Shown here in pieces: positions 13,740 through 28,700 of a DNA stretch of 64,000 nt; the stretch's first letter is position 1; each line of letters opens with the position of its first letter. Both the position numbers and the translations under genes were made by a program. The notes under the pieces are model-generated. The model was not told the origin of the DNA and did not search any database. It was given only the letters and a program-made list of their open reading frames with translations. Source of the stretch: Eledone cirrhosa. Its lineage: Eukaryota. The DNA lies in assembly GCA_964016885.1 (NCBI GenBank), contig OZ024741.1, positions 100,378,001-100,442,000 of the forward strand. The letters run 5' to 3'.

Positions 13740-16700
13740 AGTGTGTTATGTTCTAGTATTTTACATAGGTGGTGCTTTATGTCCTAGTGTGTTATGTTGT
13801 AGTATTTTACATAGGTGGTGCTTTATGTCCTAATGTGTTATGTTGTAGTGTTTAACATAGGTGGTGCTTTGTGTCCTAGTGTGTTATGTTGTAGTGTTTA
13901 CATAGGTGGTGCTTTATGACCTAGTGTGTTATGTTGTAGTATTTTACATAGGTGGTGCTTTATGTCCTAGTGTGTTATGTTGTAGTATTTTACATAGGTG
14001 GTGCTTTATGTCCTAGTGTGTTATGTTGTAGTAATTTACATAGGTGGTGCTTTATGTCCTAGTGTGTTATGTTGTAGTGTTTTACATGGGTGGTGCTTTA
14101 TGTCCTAGTGTGTTATATTGTGGTGTTTGACATAGGTGGTGCTTTATGTCCTAGTGTGTTATGTTGTAGTGTTTTACATAGGTGGTGCTTTATGTCCTAG
14201 TGTGTTATGTTGTAGTGTTTTACATAGGTGGTGCTTTATGTCCTAGTGTGTTATGTTGTAGTGTTTTACATAGGTGGTTCTTTATGTCCTAGTGTGTTAT
14301 GTTGTAGTATTTTACATAGGTGGTGCTTTATGTCCTAGTGTGTTATGTTGTAGTGTTTTACATAGGTGGTGCTTTATGTCCTAGTGTGTTATGTTGTAGT
14401 GTTTTACATAGGTAGTGCTTTATGTCCTAGTGTGTTATGTTGTAGTATCTTACATAGGTGGTGCTTAATGTCCTAGTGTGTTATGTTGTAGTGTTTTACA
14501 TAGGTGGTGCTTTATGTCCTAGTGTGTTATGTTGTAGTGTTTTACATAGGTGGTGCTTTATGTCCTAGTGTGTTATGTTGTAGTGTTTTACATAGGTGGT
14601 GCTTTATGACCTAGTGTGTTATGTTGTAGTATTTTACATAGGTGGTGTTTTATGTCCTAGTGTGTTATGTTGTAGTGTTTTACATAGGTGGTGCTTTATG
14701 TCCTAGTGTGTTATGTTGTAGTGTTTTACATAGGTGGTTCTTTATGTCCTAGTGTGTTATGTTGTAGTATTTTACATAGGTGGTGCATTATGTCCTAGTG
14801 TGTTATGTTGTAGTGTTTTACATAGGTGGTGCTTTATGTCCTAGTGTGTTATGTTGTAGTGTTTTACATAGGTGGTGCTTTATGTCCTAGTGTGTTATGT
14901 TGTAGTGTTTTACATAGGTGGTGCTTTATGTCCTAATGTTTTATGTTGTAGTGTTTTACATAGGTGGTGCTTTATGTCCTAGTGTATTATGTTGTAGTAT
15001 TTTACATAGGTTGTGCTTTATGTCCTAGTGTGTTATGTTGTAGTATTTTACATAGGGGGTGCTTTATGTCCTAGTGTGTTATTTTGTAGTGTTTTACATG
15101 GGTGGTGCTTTATGTCCTAGTGTGTTATATTGTAGTGTTTTACATAGGTGATGCTTTATGTCCTAGTGTGTTATGTTGTAGTGTTTTACATAGGTGGTGC
15201 TCTATGTCCTAGTGTGTTATGTTGTAGTATTTTACATAGGTGGTGCTTTATATCCTAGTGTGTTATGTTGTAGTATTTTACATAGGTGGTGCTTAATGTC
15301 CTAGTGTGTTATGTTGTAGTGTTTTACATAGGTGATGCTTTATGTCCTAGTGTGTTATGTTGTAGTGTTTTACATAGGTGGTGCTTTATGTTCTAGTGTG
15401 TTATGTTCTAGTATTTTACATAGGTGGTGCTTTATGTCCTAGTGTGTTATGTTGTAGTATTTTACATAGGTGGTGCTTTATGTCCTAATGTGTTATGTTG
15501 TAGTGTTTAACATAGGTGGTGCTTTGTGTCCTAGTGTGTTATGTTGTAGTGTTTACATAGGTGGTGCTTTATGACCTAGTGTGTTATGTTGTAGTATTTT
15601 ACATAGGTGGTGCTTTATGTCCTAGTGTGTTATGTTGTAGTATTTTACATAGGTGGTGCTTTATGTCCTAGTGTGTTATGTTGTAGTAATTTACATAGGT
15701 GGTGCTTTATGTCCTAGTGTGTTATGTTGTAGTGTTTTACATGGGTGGTGCTTTATGTCCTAGTGTGTTATATTGTGGTGTTTGACATAGGTGGTGCTTT
15801 ATGTCCTAGTGTGTTATGTTGTAGTGTTTTACATAGGTGGTGCTTTATGTCCTAGTGTGTTATGTTGTAGTGTTTTACATAGGTGGTGCTTTATGTCCTA
15901 GTGTGTTATGTTGTAGTGTTTTACATAGGTGGTTCTTTATGTCCTAGTGTGTTATGTTGTAGTATTTTACATAGGTGGTGCTTTATGTCCTAGTGTGTTA
16001 TGTTGTAGTGTTTTACATAGGTGGTGCTTTATGTCCTAGTGTGTTATGTTGTAGTGTTTTACATAGGTAGTGCTTTATGTCCTAGTGTGTTATGTTGTAG
16101 TATCTTACATAGGTGGTGCTTAATGTCCTAGTGTGTTATGTTGTAGTGTTTTACATAGGTGGTGCTTTATGTCCTAGTGTGTTATGTTGTAGTGTTTTAC
16201 ATAGGTGGTGCTTTATGTCCTAGTGTGTTATGTTGTAGTGTTTTACATAGGTGGTGCTTTATGACCTAGTGTGTTATGTTGTAGTATTTTACATAGGTGG
16301 TGTTTTATGTCCTAGTGTGTTATGTTGTAGTGTTTTACATAGGTGGTGCTTTATGTCCTAGTGTGTTATGTTGTAGTGTTTTACATAGGTGGTTCTTTAT
16401 GTCCTAGTGTGTTATGTTGTAGTATTTTACATAGGTGGTGCATTATGTCCTAGTGTGTTATGTTGTAGTGTTTTACATAGGTGGTGCTTTATGTCCTAGT
16501 GTGTTATGTTGTAGTGTTTTACATAGGTGGTGCTTTATGTCCTAGTGTGTTATGTTGTAGTGTTTTACATAGGTGGTGCTTTATGTCCTAATGTTTTATG
16601 TTGTAGTGTTTTACATAGGTGGTGCTTTATGTCCTAGTGTATTATGTTGTAGTATTTTACATAGGTTGTGCTTTATGTCCTAGTGTGTTATGTTGTAGTA

Positions 16701-17090
16701 TTTTACATAGGGGGTGCTTTATGTCCTAGTGTGTTATTTTGTAGTGTTTTACATGGGTGGTGCTTTATGTCCTAGTGTGTTATATTGTAGTGTTTTACAT
16801 AGGTGATGCTTTATGTCCTAGTGTGTTATGTTGTAGTGTTTTACATAGGTGGTGCTCTATGTCCTAGTGTGTTATGTTGTAGTATTTTACATAGGTGGTG
16901 CTTTATATCCTAGTGTGTTATGTTGTAGTATTTTACATAGGTGGTGCTTAATGTCCTAGTGTGTTATGTTGTAGTGTTTTACATAGGTGATGCTTTATGT
17001 CCTAGTGTGTTATGTTGTAGTGTTTTACATAGGTGGTGCTTTATGTTCTAGTGTGTTATGTTCTAGTATTTTACATAGGTGGTGCTTTAT
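13740..17090. repeat. Tandem block duplication with a 1,655-bp period (36 monomers minus 1 bp)
   Basis: TTTAACAT occurs at 13851 and 15506, and GCATTAT at 14785 and 16440. Both offsets are 1,655 and the intervening variant order is the same. Confidence 0.8.
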
Positions 17091-20000
17091 GTCTTAGTGT
17101 GTTATGTTGTAGTGTTTTACATAGGTGGTGTTTTATGTCCTAGTGTGTTATGTTGTAGTGTTTTACATAGGTAGTGTAATATGTCCTACTGTGTTATGTT
17201 GTAGTATTTTACATAGGTGGTGCTTTATGTCCTAGTGTGTTATGTTGTAGTGTTTTACATGGGTGGTGCTTTATGTCCTAGTGTGTTATATTGTAGTGTT
17301 TTACATAGGTGATGCTTTATGTCCTAGTGTGTTATGTTGTAGTGTTTTACATAGGTGGTGCTCTATGTCCTAGTGTGTTATGTTGTAGTATTTTACATAG
17401 GTAGTGCTTTATGTCCTAGTGTGTTATGTTGTAGTATTTTACATAGGTGGTGCTTAATGTCCTAGTGTGTTATGTTGTAGTGTTTTACATAGGTGATGCT
17501 TTATGTCCTAATGTGTTATGTTGTAGTGTTTTACATAGGTGGTGCTTTATGTCCTAGTGTGTTATGCTGTAGTGTTTTACATACGTGGTGCTTTATGTCC
17601 TAGTGTGTTATGTTGTAGTGTTTTACATAGGTGGTGCTTTATGTCCTAGTGTGTTATGTTGTAGTATGTTACATAGGTGGTGCTTTATGTCCTAGTGTGT
17701 TATGTGGTAGTGTTTTTCATAGGTGGTGCTTTATGTCCTAGTGTGTTATGTTGTAGTGTTTTACATAGGTGGTGCTTTATGTCCTAGTGTGTTATGTTGT
17801 AGTATTTTACATAGGTGGTGCTTTATGTCCTATTGTGTTATGTTGTAGTATTTTACATAGGTTGTGCTTTATGTCCTAGTGTGTTATGTTGTAGTATTTT
17901 ACATAGGGGTGCTTTATGTCCTAGTGTGTTATGTTGTAGTGTTTTATATAGGTAGTGCTTTATGTCCTAGTGTGTTATGTTGTAGTGTTTTACATAGGTG
18001 GTGCTTTATGTCCTAGTGTGTTATGTTGTAGTGTTTTACATAGGTGCTGCTTTATGTCCTAGTGTGTTATGTTGTAGTGTTTTAAATAGGTGGTGTTTTA
18101 TGTCCTAGTGTGTTATGTTGTAGTGTTTTACATAGGTGGTGCTTTATGTCCTAGTGTGTTATGTTGTAGTGTTTTACATAGGTGGTGCTTTATGTCCTAG
18201 TGTGTTATGTTGTAGTGTTTTACATAGGTGGTGCTTTATGTCCTAATGTGTTATGTTGTATTGTTTTACATAGATGGTGCTTTATCTCCTAGTGTGTTAT
18301 GTTGTAGTATTTTACATAGGTTGTGCTTTATGTCCTAGTGTGTTATGTTGTAGTATTTTACATAGGGGGTGCTTTATATCCTAGTGTGTTATTTTGTAGT
18401 GTTTTACATAGGTGGTGCTTTATGTCTTAGTGTGTTATGTTGTAGTGTTTTATATAGGTGGTGCTTTATGTCCTAGTGTGTTATGTTTTAGTGTTTTACA
18501 TAGGTAGTGCTTTATGTCCTAGTGTGTTATGTTGTAGTATCTTACATAGGTGGTGCTTAATGTCCTAGTGTGTTATATTGTAGTATTTTACATAGGTTGT
18601 GCTATATCTCCTAGTGTGTTATGTTGTAGTGTTTTACATAGGTGGTGCTTTATGTCCTAGTGTGTTATGTTGTAGTGTTTTACATAGGTGGTGCTTTATG
18701 TCCTAGTGTGTTATGTTCTAGTATTTTACATAGGTGGTGCTGTATGCCCTAGTGTGTTATGTTCTAGTATTTTACATAGGTGGTGCTTTATGTCCTAGTG
18801 TGTTATGTTGTAGTATTTTACATAGGTGGTGCTTTATGTCCTAATGTGTTATGTTGTAGTGTTTAACATAGGTGGTGCTTTGTGTCCTAGTGTGTTATGT
18901 TGTAGTGTTTACATAGGTGGTGCTTTATGTCCTAGTGTGTTATGTTGTAGTATTTTACATAGGTGGTGCTTTATGTCCTAGTGTGTTATATTGTAGTGTT
19001 TACATAGGTGGTGCTTTATGACCTAGTGTGTTATGTTGTAGTATTTTACATAGGTGGTGCTTTATGTCCTAGTGTGTTATGTTGTAGTATTTTACATAGG
19101 TCGTGCTTTATGTCCTAGTGTGTTATGTTGTAGTAATTTACATAGGTGGTGCTTTATGTCCTAGTGTATTATGTTGTAGTGTTTTACATGGGTGGTGCTT
19201 TATGTCCTAGTGTGTTATATTGTGGTGTTTGACATAGGTGGTGCTTTATGTCCTAGTGTGTTATGTTGTAGTGTTTTACATAGGTGGTGCTTTATGTCCT
19301 AGTGTGTTATGTTGTAGTGTCTTACATAGGTGGTGCTTTATGTCCTAGTGTGTTATGTTGTAGTGTTTTACAGAGGTGGTTCTTTATGTCCTAGTGTGTT
19401 ATGTTGTAGTATTTTACATAGGTGGTGCTTTATGTCCTAGTGTGTTATGTTGTAGTGTTTTACATAGGTGGTGCTTTATGTCCTAGTGTGTTATGTTGTA
19501 GTGTTTTACATAGGTAGTGCTTTATGTCCTAGTGTGTTATGTTGTAGTATCTTACATAGGTGGTGCTTAATGTCCTAGTGTGTTATGTTGTAGTGTTTTA
19601 CATAGGTGGTGCCTTATGTCCTAGTGTGTTATGTTGTAGTGTTTTACATAGGTGGTGCTTTATGACCTAGTGTGTTATGTTGTAGTGTTTTACATAGGTG
19701 GTGCTTTATGACCTAGTGTGTTATGTTGTAGTATTTTACATAGGTGGTGTTTTATGTCCTAGTGTGTTATGTTGTAGTGTTTTACATAGGTGGTGCTTTA
19801 TGTCCTAGTGTGTTATGTTGTAGTGTTTTACATAGGTGGTTCTTTATGTCCTAGTGTGTTATGTTGTAGTATTTTACATAGGTGGTGCATTATGTCCTAG
19901 TGTGTTATGTTGTAGTGTTTTACATATGTGGTGCTTTATGTCCTAGTGTGTTATGTTGTAGTGTTTTACATAGGTGGTGCTTTATGTCCTAGTGTGTTAT

Positions 20001-22790
20001 GTTGTAGTGTTTTACATAGGTGGTGCTTCATGTCCTAATGTTTTATGTTGTAGTGTTTTACATAGGTGGTGCTTTATGTCCTAGTGTATTATGTTGTAGT
20101 ATTTTACATAGGTTGTGCTTTATGTCCTAGTGTGTTATGTTGTAGTATTTTACATAGGGGGTGCTTTATGTCCTAGTGTGTTATTTTGTAGTGTTTTACA
20201 TAGGTAGTGCTTTATGTCCTAGTGTGTTATGTTGTAGTGTTTTACATAGGTGGTGCTTTATGTCCTAGTGTGTTATGTTGTAGTGTTTTACATAGGTGGT
20301 GCTTTATGTCCTAGTGTGTTATGTTGTAGTGTTTTACATGGGTGGTGCTTTATGTCCTAGTGTGTTATATTGTAGTGTTTTACATAGGTGATGCTTTATG
20401 TCCTAGTGTGTTATGTTGTAGTGTTTTACATAGGTGGTGCTCTATGTCCTAGTGTGTTATGTTGTAGTATTTTACATAGGTGGTGCTTTATATCCTAGTG
20501 TGTTATGTTGTAGTATTTTACATAGGTGGTGCTTAATGTCCTAGTGTGTTATGTTGTAGTGTTTTACATAGGTGGTGCTCTATGTCCTAGTGTGTTATGT
20601 TGTAGTATCTTACATAGGTGGTGCTTAATGTCCTAGTGTGTTATATTGTAGTATTTTACATAGGTTGTGCTATATCTCCTAGTGTGTTATGTTGTAGTGT
20701 TTTACATAGGTGGTGCTTTATGTCCTAGTGTGTTATGTTGTAGTGTTTTACATAGGTGGTGCTTTATGTCCTAGTGTGTTATGTTCTAGTATTTTACATA
20801 GGTGGTGCTGTATGCCCTAGTGTGTTATGTTCTAGTATTTTACATAGGTGGTGCTTTATGTCCTAGTGTGTTATGTTGTAGTATTTTACATAGGTGGTGC
20901 TTTATGTCCTAATGTGTTATGTTGTAGTGTTTAACATAGGTGGTGCTTTGTGTCCTAGTGTGTTATGTTGTAGTGTTTACATAGGTGGTGCTTTATGTCC
21001 TAGTGTGTTATGTTGTAGTATTTTACATACGTGGTGCTTTATGTCCTAGTGTGTTATATTGTAGTGTTTACATAGGTGGTGCTTTATGACCTAGTGTGTT
21101 ATGTTGTAGTATTTTACATAGGTGGTGCTTTATGTCCTAGTGTGTTATGTTGTAGTATTTTACATAGGTGGTGCTTTATGTCCTAGTGTGTTATGTTGTA
21201 GTAATTTACATAGGTGGTGCTTTATGTCCTAGTGTGTTATGTTGTAGTGTTTTACATGGGTGGTGCTTTATGTCCTAGTGTGTTATATTGTGGTGTTTGA
21301 CATAGGTGGTGCTTTATGTCCTAGTGTGTTATGTTGTAGTGTTTTACATAGGTGGTGCTTTATGTCCTAGTGTGTTATGTTGTAGTGTTTTACATAGGTG
21401 GTGCTTTATGTCCTAGTGTGTTATGTTGTAGTGTTTTACATAGGTGGTTCTTTATGTCCTAGTGTGTTATGTTGTAGTATTTTACATAGGTGGTGCTTTA
21501 TGTCCTAGTGTGTTATGTTGTAGTGTTTTACATAGGTGGTGCTTTATGTCCTAGTGTGTTATGTTGTAGTGTTTTACATAGGTAGTGCTTTATGTCCTAG
21601 TGTGTTATGTTGTAGTATCTTACATAGGTGGTGCTTAATGTCCTAGTGTGTTATGTTGTAGTGTTTTACATAGGTGGTGCTTTATGTCCTAGTGTGTTAT
21701 GTTGTAGTGTTTTACATAGGTGGTGCTTTATGTCCTAGTGTGTTATGTTGTAGTGTTTTACATAGGTGGTGCTTTATGACCTAGTGTGTTATGTTGTAGT
21801 ATTTTACATAGGTGGTGTTTTATGTCCTAGTGTGTTATGTTGTAGTGTTTTACATAGGTGGTGCTTTATGTCCTAGTGTGTTATGTTGTAGTGTTTTACA
21901 TAGGTGGTTCTTTATGTCCTAGTGTGTTATGTTGTAGTATTTTACATAGGTGGTGCATTATGTCCTAGTGTGTTATGTTGTAGTGTTTTACATAGGTGGT
22001 GCTTTATGTCCTAGTGTGTTATGTTGTAGTGTTTTACATAGGTGGTGCTTTATGTCCTAGTGTGTTATGTTGTAGTGTTTTACATAGGTGGTGCTTTATG
22101 TCCTAATGTTTTATGTTGTAGTGTTTTACATAGGTGGTGCTTTATGTCCTAGTGTATTATGTTGTAGTATTTTACATAGGTTGTGCTTTATGTCCTAGTG
22201 TGTTATGTTGTAGTATTTTACATAGGGGGTGCTTTATGTCCTAGTGTGTTATTTTGTAGTGTTTTACATGGGTGGTGCTTTATGTCCTAGTGTGTTATAT
22301 TGTAGTGTTTTACATAGGTGATGCTTTATGTCCTAGTGTGTTATGTTGTAGTGTTTAACATAGGTGGTGCTCTATGTCCTAGTGTGTTATGTTGTAGTAT
22401 TTTACATAGGTGGTGCTTTATATCCTAGTGTGTTATGTTGTAGTATTTTACATAGGTGGTGCTTAATGTCCTAGTGTGTTATGTTGTAGTGTTTTACATA
22501 GGTGATGCTTTATGTCCTAGTGTGTTATGTTGTAGTGTTTTACATGGGTGGTGCTTTATGTCCTAGTGTGTTATATTGTGGTGTTTGACATAGGTGGTGC
22601 TTTATGTCCTAGTGTGTTATGTTGTAGTGTTTTACATAGGTGGTGCTTTATGTCCTAGTGTGTTATGTTGTAGTGTTTTACATAGGTGGTGCTTTATGTC
22701 CTAGTGTGTTATGTTGTAGTGTTTTACATAGGTGGTTCTTTATGTCCTAGTGTGTTATGTTGTAGTATTTTACATAGGTGGTGCTTTATA

Positions 22791-25700
22791 TCCTAGTGTG
22801 TTATGTTGTAGTGTTTTACATAGGTGGTGCTTTATGTCCTAGTGTGTTATGTTGTAGTGTTTTACATAGGTAGTGCTTTATGTCCTAGTGTGTTATGTTG
22901 TAGTATCTTACATAGGTGGTGCTTAATGTCCTAGTGTGTTATGTTGTAGTGTTTTACATAGGTGGTGCTTTATGTCCTAGTGTGTTATGTTGTAGTGTTT
23001 TACATAGGTGGTGCTTTATGTCCTAGTGTGTTATGTTGTAGTGTTTTACATAGGTGGTGCTTTATGACCTAGTGTGTTATGTTGTAGTATTTTACATAGG
23101 TGGTGTTTTATGTCCTAGTGTGTTATGTTGTAGTGTTTTACATAGGTGGTGCTTTATGTCCTAGTGTGTTATGTTGTAGTGTTTTACATAGGTGGTTCTT
23201 TATGTCCTAGTGTGTTATGTTGTAGTATTTTACATAGGTGGTGCATTATGTCCTAGTGTGTTATGTTGTAGTGTTTTACATAGGTGGTGCTTTATGTCCT
23301 AGTGTGTTATGTTGTAGTGTTTTACATAGGTGGTGCTTTATGTCCTAGTGTGTTATGTTGTAGTGTTTTACATAGGTGGTGCTTTATGTCCTAATGTTTT
23401 ATGTTGTAGTGTTTTACATAGGTGGTGCTTTATGTCCTAGTGTATTATGTTGTAGTATTTTACATAGGTTGTGCTTTATGTCCTAGTGTGTTATGTTGTA
23501 GTATTTTACATAGGGGGTGCTTTATGTCCTAGTGTGTTATTTTGTAGTGTTTTACATGGGTGGTGCTTTATGTCCTAGTGTGTTATATTGTAGTGTTTTA
23601 CATAGGTGATGCTTTATGTCCTAGTGTGTTATGTTGTAGTGTTTAACATAGGTGGTGCTCTATGTCCTAGTGTGTTATGTTGTAGTATTTTACATAGGTG
23701 GTGCTTTATATCCTAGTGTGTTATGTTGTAGTATTTTACATAGGTGGTGCTTAATGTCCTAGTGTGTTATGTTGTAGTGTTTTACATAGGTGATGCTTTA
23801 TGTCCTAGTGTGTTATGTTGTAGTGTTTTACATAGGTGGTGCTTTATGTTCTAGTGTGTTATGTTCTAGTATTTTACATAGGTGGTGCTTTATGTCTTAG
23901 TGTGTTATGTTGTAGTGTTTTACATAGGTGGTGTTTTATGTCCTAGTGTGTTATGTTGTAGTGTTTTACATAGGTAGTGTAATATGTCCTACTGTGTTAT
24001 GTTGTAGTATTTTACATAGGTGGTGCTTTATGTCCTAGTGTGTTATGTTGTAGTGTTTTACATGGGTGGTGCTTTATGTCCTAGTGTGTTATATTGTAGT
24101 GTTTTACATAGGTGATGCTTTATGTCCTAGTGTGTTATGTTGTAGTGTTTTACATAGGTGGTGCTCTATGTCCTAGTGTGTTATGTTGTAGTATTTTACA
24201 TAGGTGGTGCTTTATGTCCTAGTGTGTTATGTTGTAGTATTTTACATAGGTGGTGCTTAATGTCCTAGTGTGTTATGTTGTAGTGTTTTACATAGGTGAT
24301 GCTTTATGTCCTAATGTGTTATGTTGTAGTGTTTTACATAGGTGGTGCTTTATGTCCTAGTGTGTGATGCTGTAGTGTTTTACATACGTGGTGCTTTATG
24401 TCCTAGTGTGTTATGTTGTAGTGTTTTACATAGGTGGTGCTTTATGTCCTAGTGTGTTATGTTGTAGTATGTTACATAGGTGGTGCTTTATGTCCTAGTG
24501 TGTTATGTGGTAGTGTTTTACATAGGTGGTGCTTTATGTCCTAGTGTTTTATGTTGTAGTGTTTTACATAGGTGGTGCTTTATGTCCTAGTGTGTTATGT
24601 TGTAGTATTTTACATAGGTGGTGCTTTATGTCCTATTGTGTTATGTTGTAGTATTTTACATAGGTTGTGCTTTATGTCCTAGTGTGTTATGTTGTAGTAT
24701 TTTACATAGGGGTGCTTTATGTCCTAGTGTGTTATGTTGTAGTGTTTTACATAGGTAGTGCTTTATGTCCTAGTGTGTTATGTTGTAGTGTTTTACATAG
24801 GTGGTGCTTTATGTCCTAGTGTGTTATGTTGTAGTGTTTTACATAGGTGCTGCTTTATGTCCTAGTGTGTTATGTTGTAGTGTTTTAAATAGGTGGTGTT
24901 TTATGTCCTAGTGTGTTATGTTGTAGTGTTTTACATAGGTGGTGCTTTATGTCCTAGTGTGTTATGTTGTAGTGTTTTACATAGGTGGTGCTTTATGTCC
25001 TAGTGTGTTATGTTGTAGTGTTTTACATAGGTGGTGCTTTATGTCCTAATGTGTTATGTTGTAGTGTTTTACATAGGTGGTGCTTTATGTCCTAGTGTGT
25101 TATGTTGTAGTAGTTTACATAGGTTGTGCTTTATGTCCTAGTGTGTTATGTTGTAATATTTTACATAGGGGGTGCTTTATGTCCTAGTGTGTTATTTTGT
25201 AGTGTTTTACATAGGTAGTGCTTTATGTCCTAGTGTGTTATGTTGTAGTGTTTTACATAGGTGGTGCTTTATGTCCTAGTGTGTTATGTTGTAGTGTTTT
25301 TCATAGGTGGTGCTTTATGTCCTAATGTGTTATGTTGTAGTGTTTTACATAGGTGGTGCTTTATGACCTAGTGTGTTATGTTGTAGTGTTTTACATAGGT
25401 GGTGCTTTATGTCCTAGTGTGTTATGTTCTAGTATTTTACATAGGTGGTGCTGTATGCCCTAGTGTGTTATGTTCTAGTATTTTACATAGGTGGTTCTTT
25501 ATGTCCTAGTGTGTTATGTTGTAGTATTTTACATAGGTGGTGCTTTATGTCCTAATGTGTTATGTTGTAGTGTTTAACATAGGTGGTGCTTTGTGTCCTA
25601 GTGTGTTATGTTGTAGTGTTTACATAGGTGGTGCTTTATGTCCTAGTGTGTTATGTTGTAGTATTTTACATAGGTGGTGCTTTATGTCCTAGTGTGTTAT

Positions 25701-28700
25701 ATTGTAGTGTTTACATAGGTGGTGCTTTATGACCTAGTGTGTTATGTTGTAGTATTTTACATAGGTGGTGCTTTATGTCCTAGTGTGTTATGTTGTAGTA
25801 TTTTACATAGGTGGTGCTTTATGTCGTAGTGTGTTATGTTGTAGTAATTTACATAGGTGGTGCTTTATGTCCTAGTGTATTATGTTGTAGTGTTTTACAT
25901 GGGTGGTGCTTTATGTCCTAGTGTGTTATATTGTGGTGTTTGACATAGGTGGTGCTTTATGTCCTAGTGTGTTATGTTGTAGTGTTTTACATAGGTGGTG
26001 CTTTATGTCCTAGTGTGTTATGTTGTAGTGTTTTACATAGGTGGTGCTTTATGTCCTAGTGTGTTATGTTGTAGTGTTTTACATAGGTAGTGCTTTATGT
26101 CCTAGTGTGTTATGTTGTAGTATCTTACATAGGTGGTGCTTAATGTCCTAGTGTGTTATGTTGTAGTGTTTTACATAGGTGGTGCTTTATGTCCTAGTGT
26201 GTTATGTTGTAGTGTTTTACATAGGTGGTGCTTTATGTCCTAGTGTGTTATGTTGTAGTGTTTTACATAGGTGGTGCTTTATGACCTAGTGTGTTATGTT
26301 GTAGTATTTTACATAGGTGGTGTTTTATGTCCTAGTGTGTTATGTTGTAGTGTTTTACATAGGTGGTGCTTTATGTCCTAGTGTGTTATGTTGTAGTGTT
26401 TTACATAGGTGGTTCTTTATGTCCTAGTGTGTTATGTTGTAGTATTTTACATAGGTGGTGCATTATGTCCTAGTGTGTTATGTTGTAGTGTTTTACATAG
26501 GTGGTGCTTTATGTCCTAGTGTGTTATGTTGTAGTGTTTTACATAGGTGGTGCTTTATGTCCTAGTGTGTTATGTTGTAGTGTTTTACATAGGTGGTGCT
26601 TTATGTCCTAATGTTTTATGTTGTAGTGTTTTACATAGGTGGTGCTTTATGTCCTAGTGTATTATGTTGTAGTATTTTACATAGGTTGTGCTTTATGTCC
26701 TAGTGTGTTATGTTGTAGTATTTTACATAGGGGGTGCTTTATGTCCTAGTGTGTTATTTTGTAGTGTTTTACATGGGTGGTGCTTTATGTCCTAGTGTGT
26801 TATATTGTAGTGTTTTACATAGGTGATGCTTTATGTCCTAGTGTGTTATGTTGTAGTGTTTAACATAGGTGGTGCTCTATGTCCTAGTGTGTTATGTTGT
26901 AGTATTTTACATAGGTGGTGCTTTATATCCTAGTGTGTTATGTTGTAGTATTTTACATAGGTGGTGCTTAATGTCCTAGTGTGTTATGTTGTAGTGTTTT
27001 ACATAGGTGATGCTTTATGTCCTAGTGTGTTATGTTGTAGTGTTTTACATAGGTGGTGCTTTATGTTCTAGTGTGTTATGTTCTAGTATTTTACATAGGT
27101 GGTGCTTTATGTCTTAGTGTGTTATGTTGTAGTGTTTTACATAGGTGGTGTTTTATGTCCTAGTGTGTTATGTTGTAGTGTTTTACATAGGTAGTGTAAT
27201 ATGTCCTACTGTGTTATGTTGTAGTATTTTACATAGGTGGTGCTTTATGTCCTAGTGTGTTATGTTGTAGTGTTTTACATGGGTGGTGCTTTATGTCCTA
27301 GTGTGTTATATTGTAGTGTTTTACATAGGTGATGCTTTATGTCCTAGTGTGTTATGTTGTAGTGTTTTACATAGGTGGTGCTCTATGTCCTAGTGTGTTA
27401 TGTTGTAGTATTTTACATAGGTGGTGCTTTATGTCCTAGTGTGTTATGTTGTAGTATTTTACATAGGTGGTGCTTAATGTCCTAGTGTGTTATGTTGTAG
27501 TGTTTTACATAGGTGATGCTTTATGTCCTAATGTGTTATGTTGTAGTGTTTTACATAGGTGGTGCTTTATGTCCTAGTGTGTGATGCTGTAGTGTTTTAC
27601 ATACGTGGTGCTTTATGTCCTAGTGTGTTATGTTGTAGTGTTTTACATAGGTGGTGCTTTATGTCCTAGTGTGTTATGTTGTAGTATGTTACATAGGTGG
27701 TGCTTTATGTCCTAGTGTGTTATGTGGTAGTGTTTTACATAGGTGGTGCTTTATGTCCTAGTGTTTTATGTTGTAGTGTTTTACATAGGTGGTGCTTTAT
27801 GTCCTAGTGTGTTATGTTGTAGTATTTTACATAGGTGGTGCTTTATGTCCTATTGTGTTATGTTGTAGTATTTTACATAGGTTGTGCTTTATGTCCTAGT
27901 GTGTTATGTTGTAGTATTTTACATAGGGGTGCTTTATGTCCTAGTGTGTTATGTTGTAGTGTTTTACATAGGTAGTGCTTTATGTCCTAGTGTGTTATGT
28001 TGTAGTGTTTTACATAGGTGGTGCTTTATGTCCTAGTGTGTTATGTTGTAGTGTTTTACATAGGTGCTGCTTTATGTCCTAGTGTGTTATGTTGTAGTGT
28101 TTTAAATAGGTGGTGTTTTATGTCCTAGTGTGTTATGTTGTAGTGTTTTACATAGGTGGTGCTTTATGTCCTAGTGTGTTATGTTGTAGTGTTTTACATA
28201 GGTGGTGCTTTATGTCCTAGTGTGTTATGTTGTAGTGTTTTACATAGGTGGTGCTTTATGTCCTAATGTGTTATGTTGTAGTGTTTTACATAGGTGGTGC
28301 TTTATGTCCTAGTGTGTTATGTTGTAGTAGTTTACATAGGTTGTGCTTTATGTCCTAGTGTGTTATGTTGTAATATTTTACATAGGGGGTGCTTTATGTC
28401 CTAGTGTGTTATTTTGTAGTGTTTTACATAGGTAGTGCTTTATGTCCTAGTGTGTTATGTTGTAGTGTTTTACATAGGTGGTGCTTTATGTCCTAGTGTG
28501 TTATGTTGTAGTGTTTTTCATAGGTGGTGCTTTATGTCCTAATGTGTTATGTTGTAGTGTTTTACATAGGTGGTGCTTTATGACCTAGTGTGTTATGTTG
28601 TAGTGTTTTACATAGGTGGTGCTTTATGTCCTAGTGTGTTATGTTCTAGTATTTTACATAGGTGGTGCTGTATGCCCTAGTGTGTTATGTTCTAGTATTT

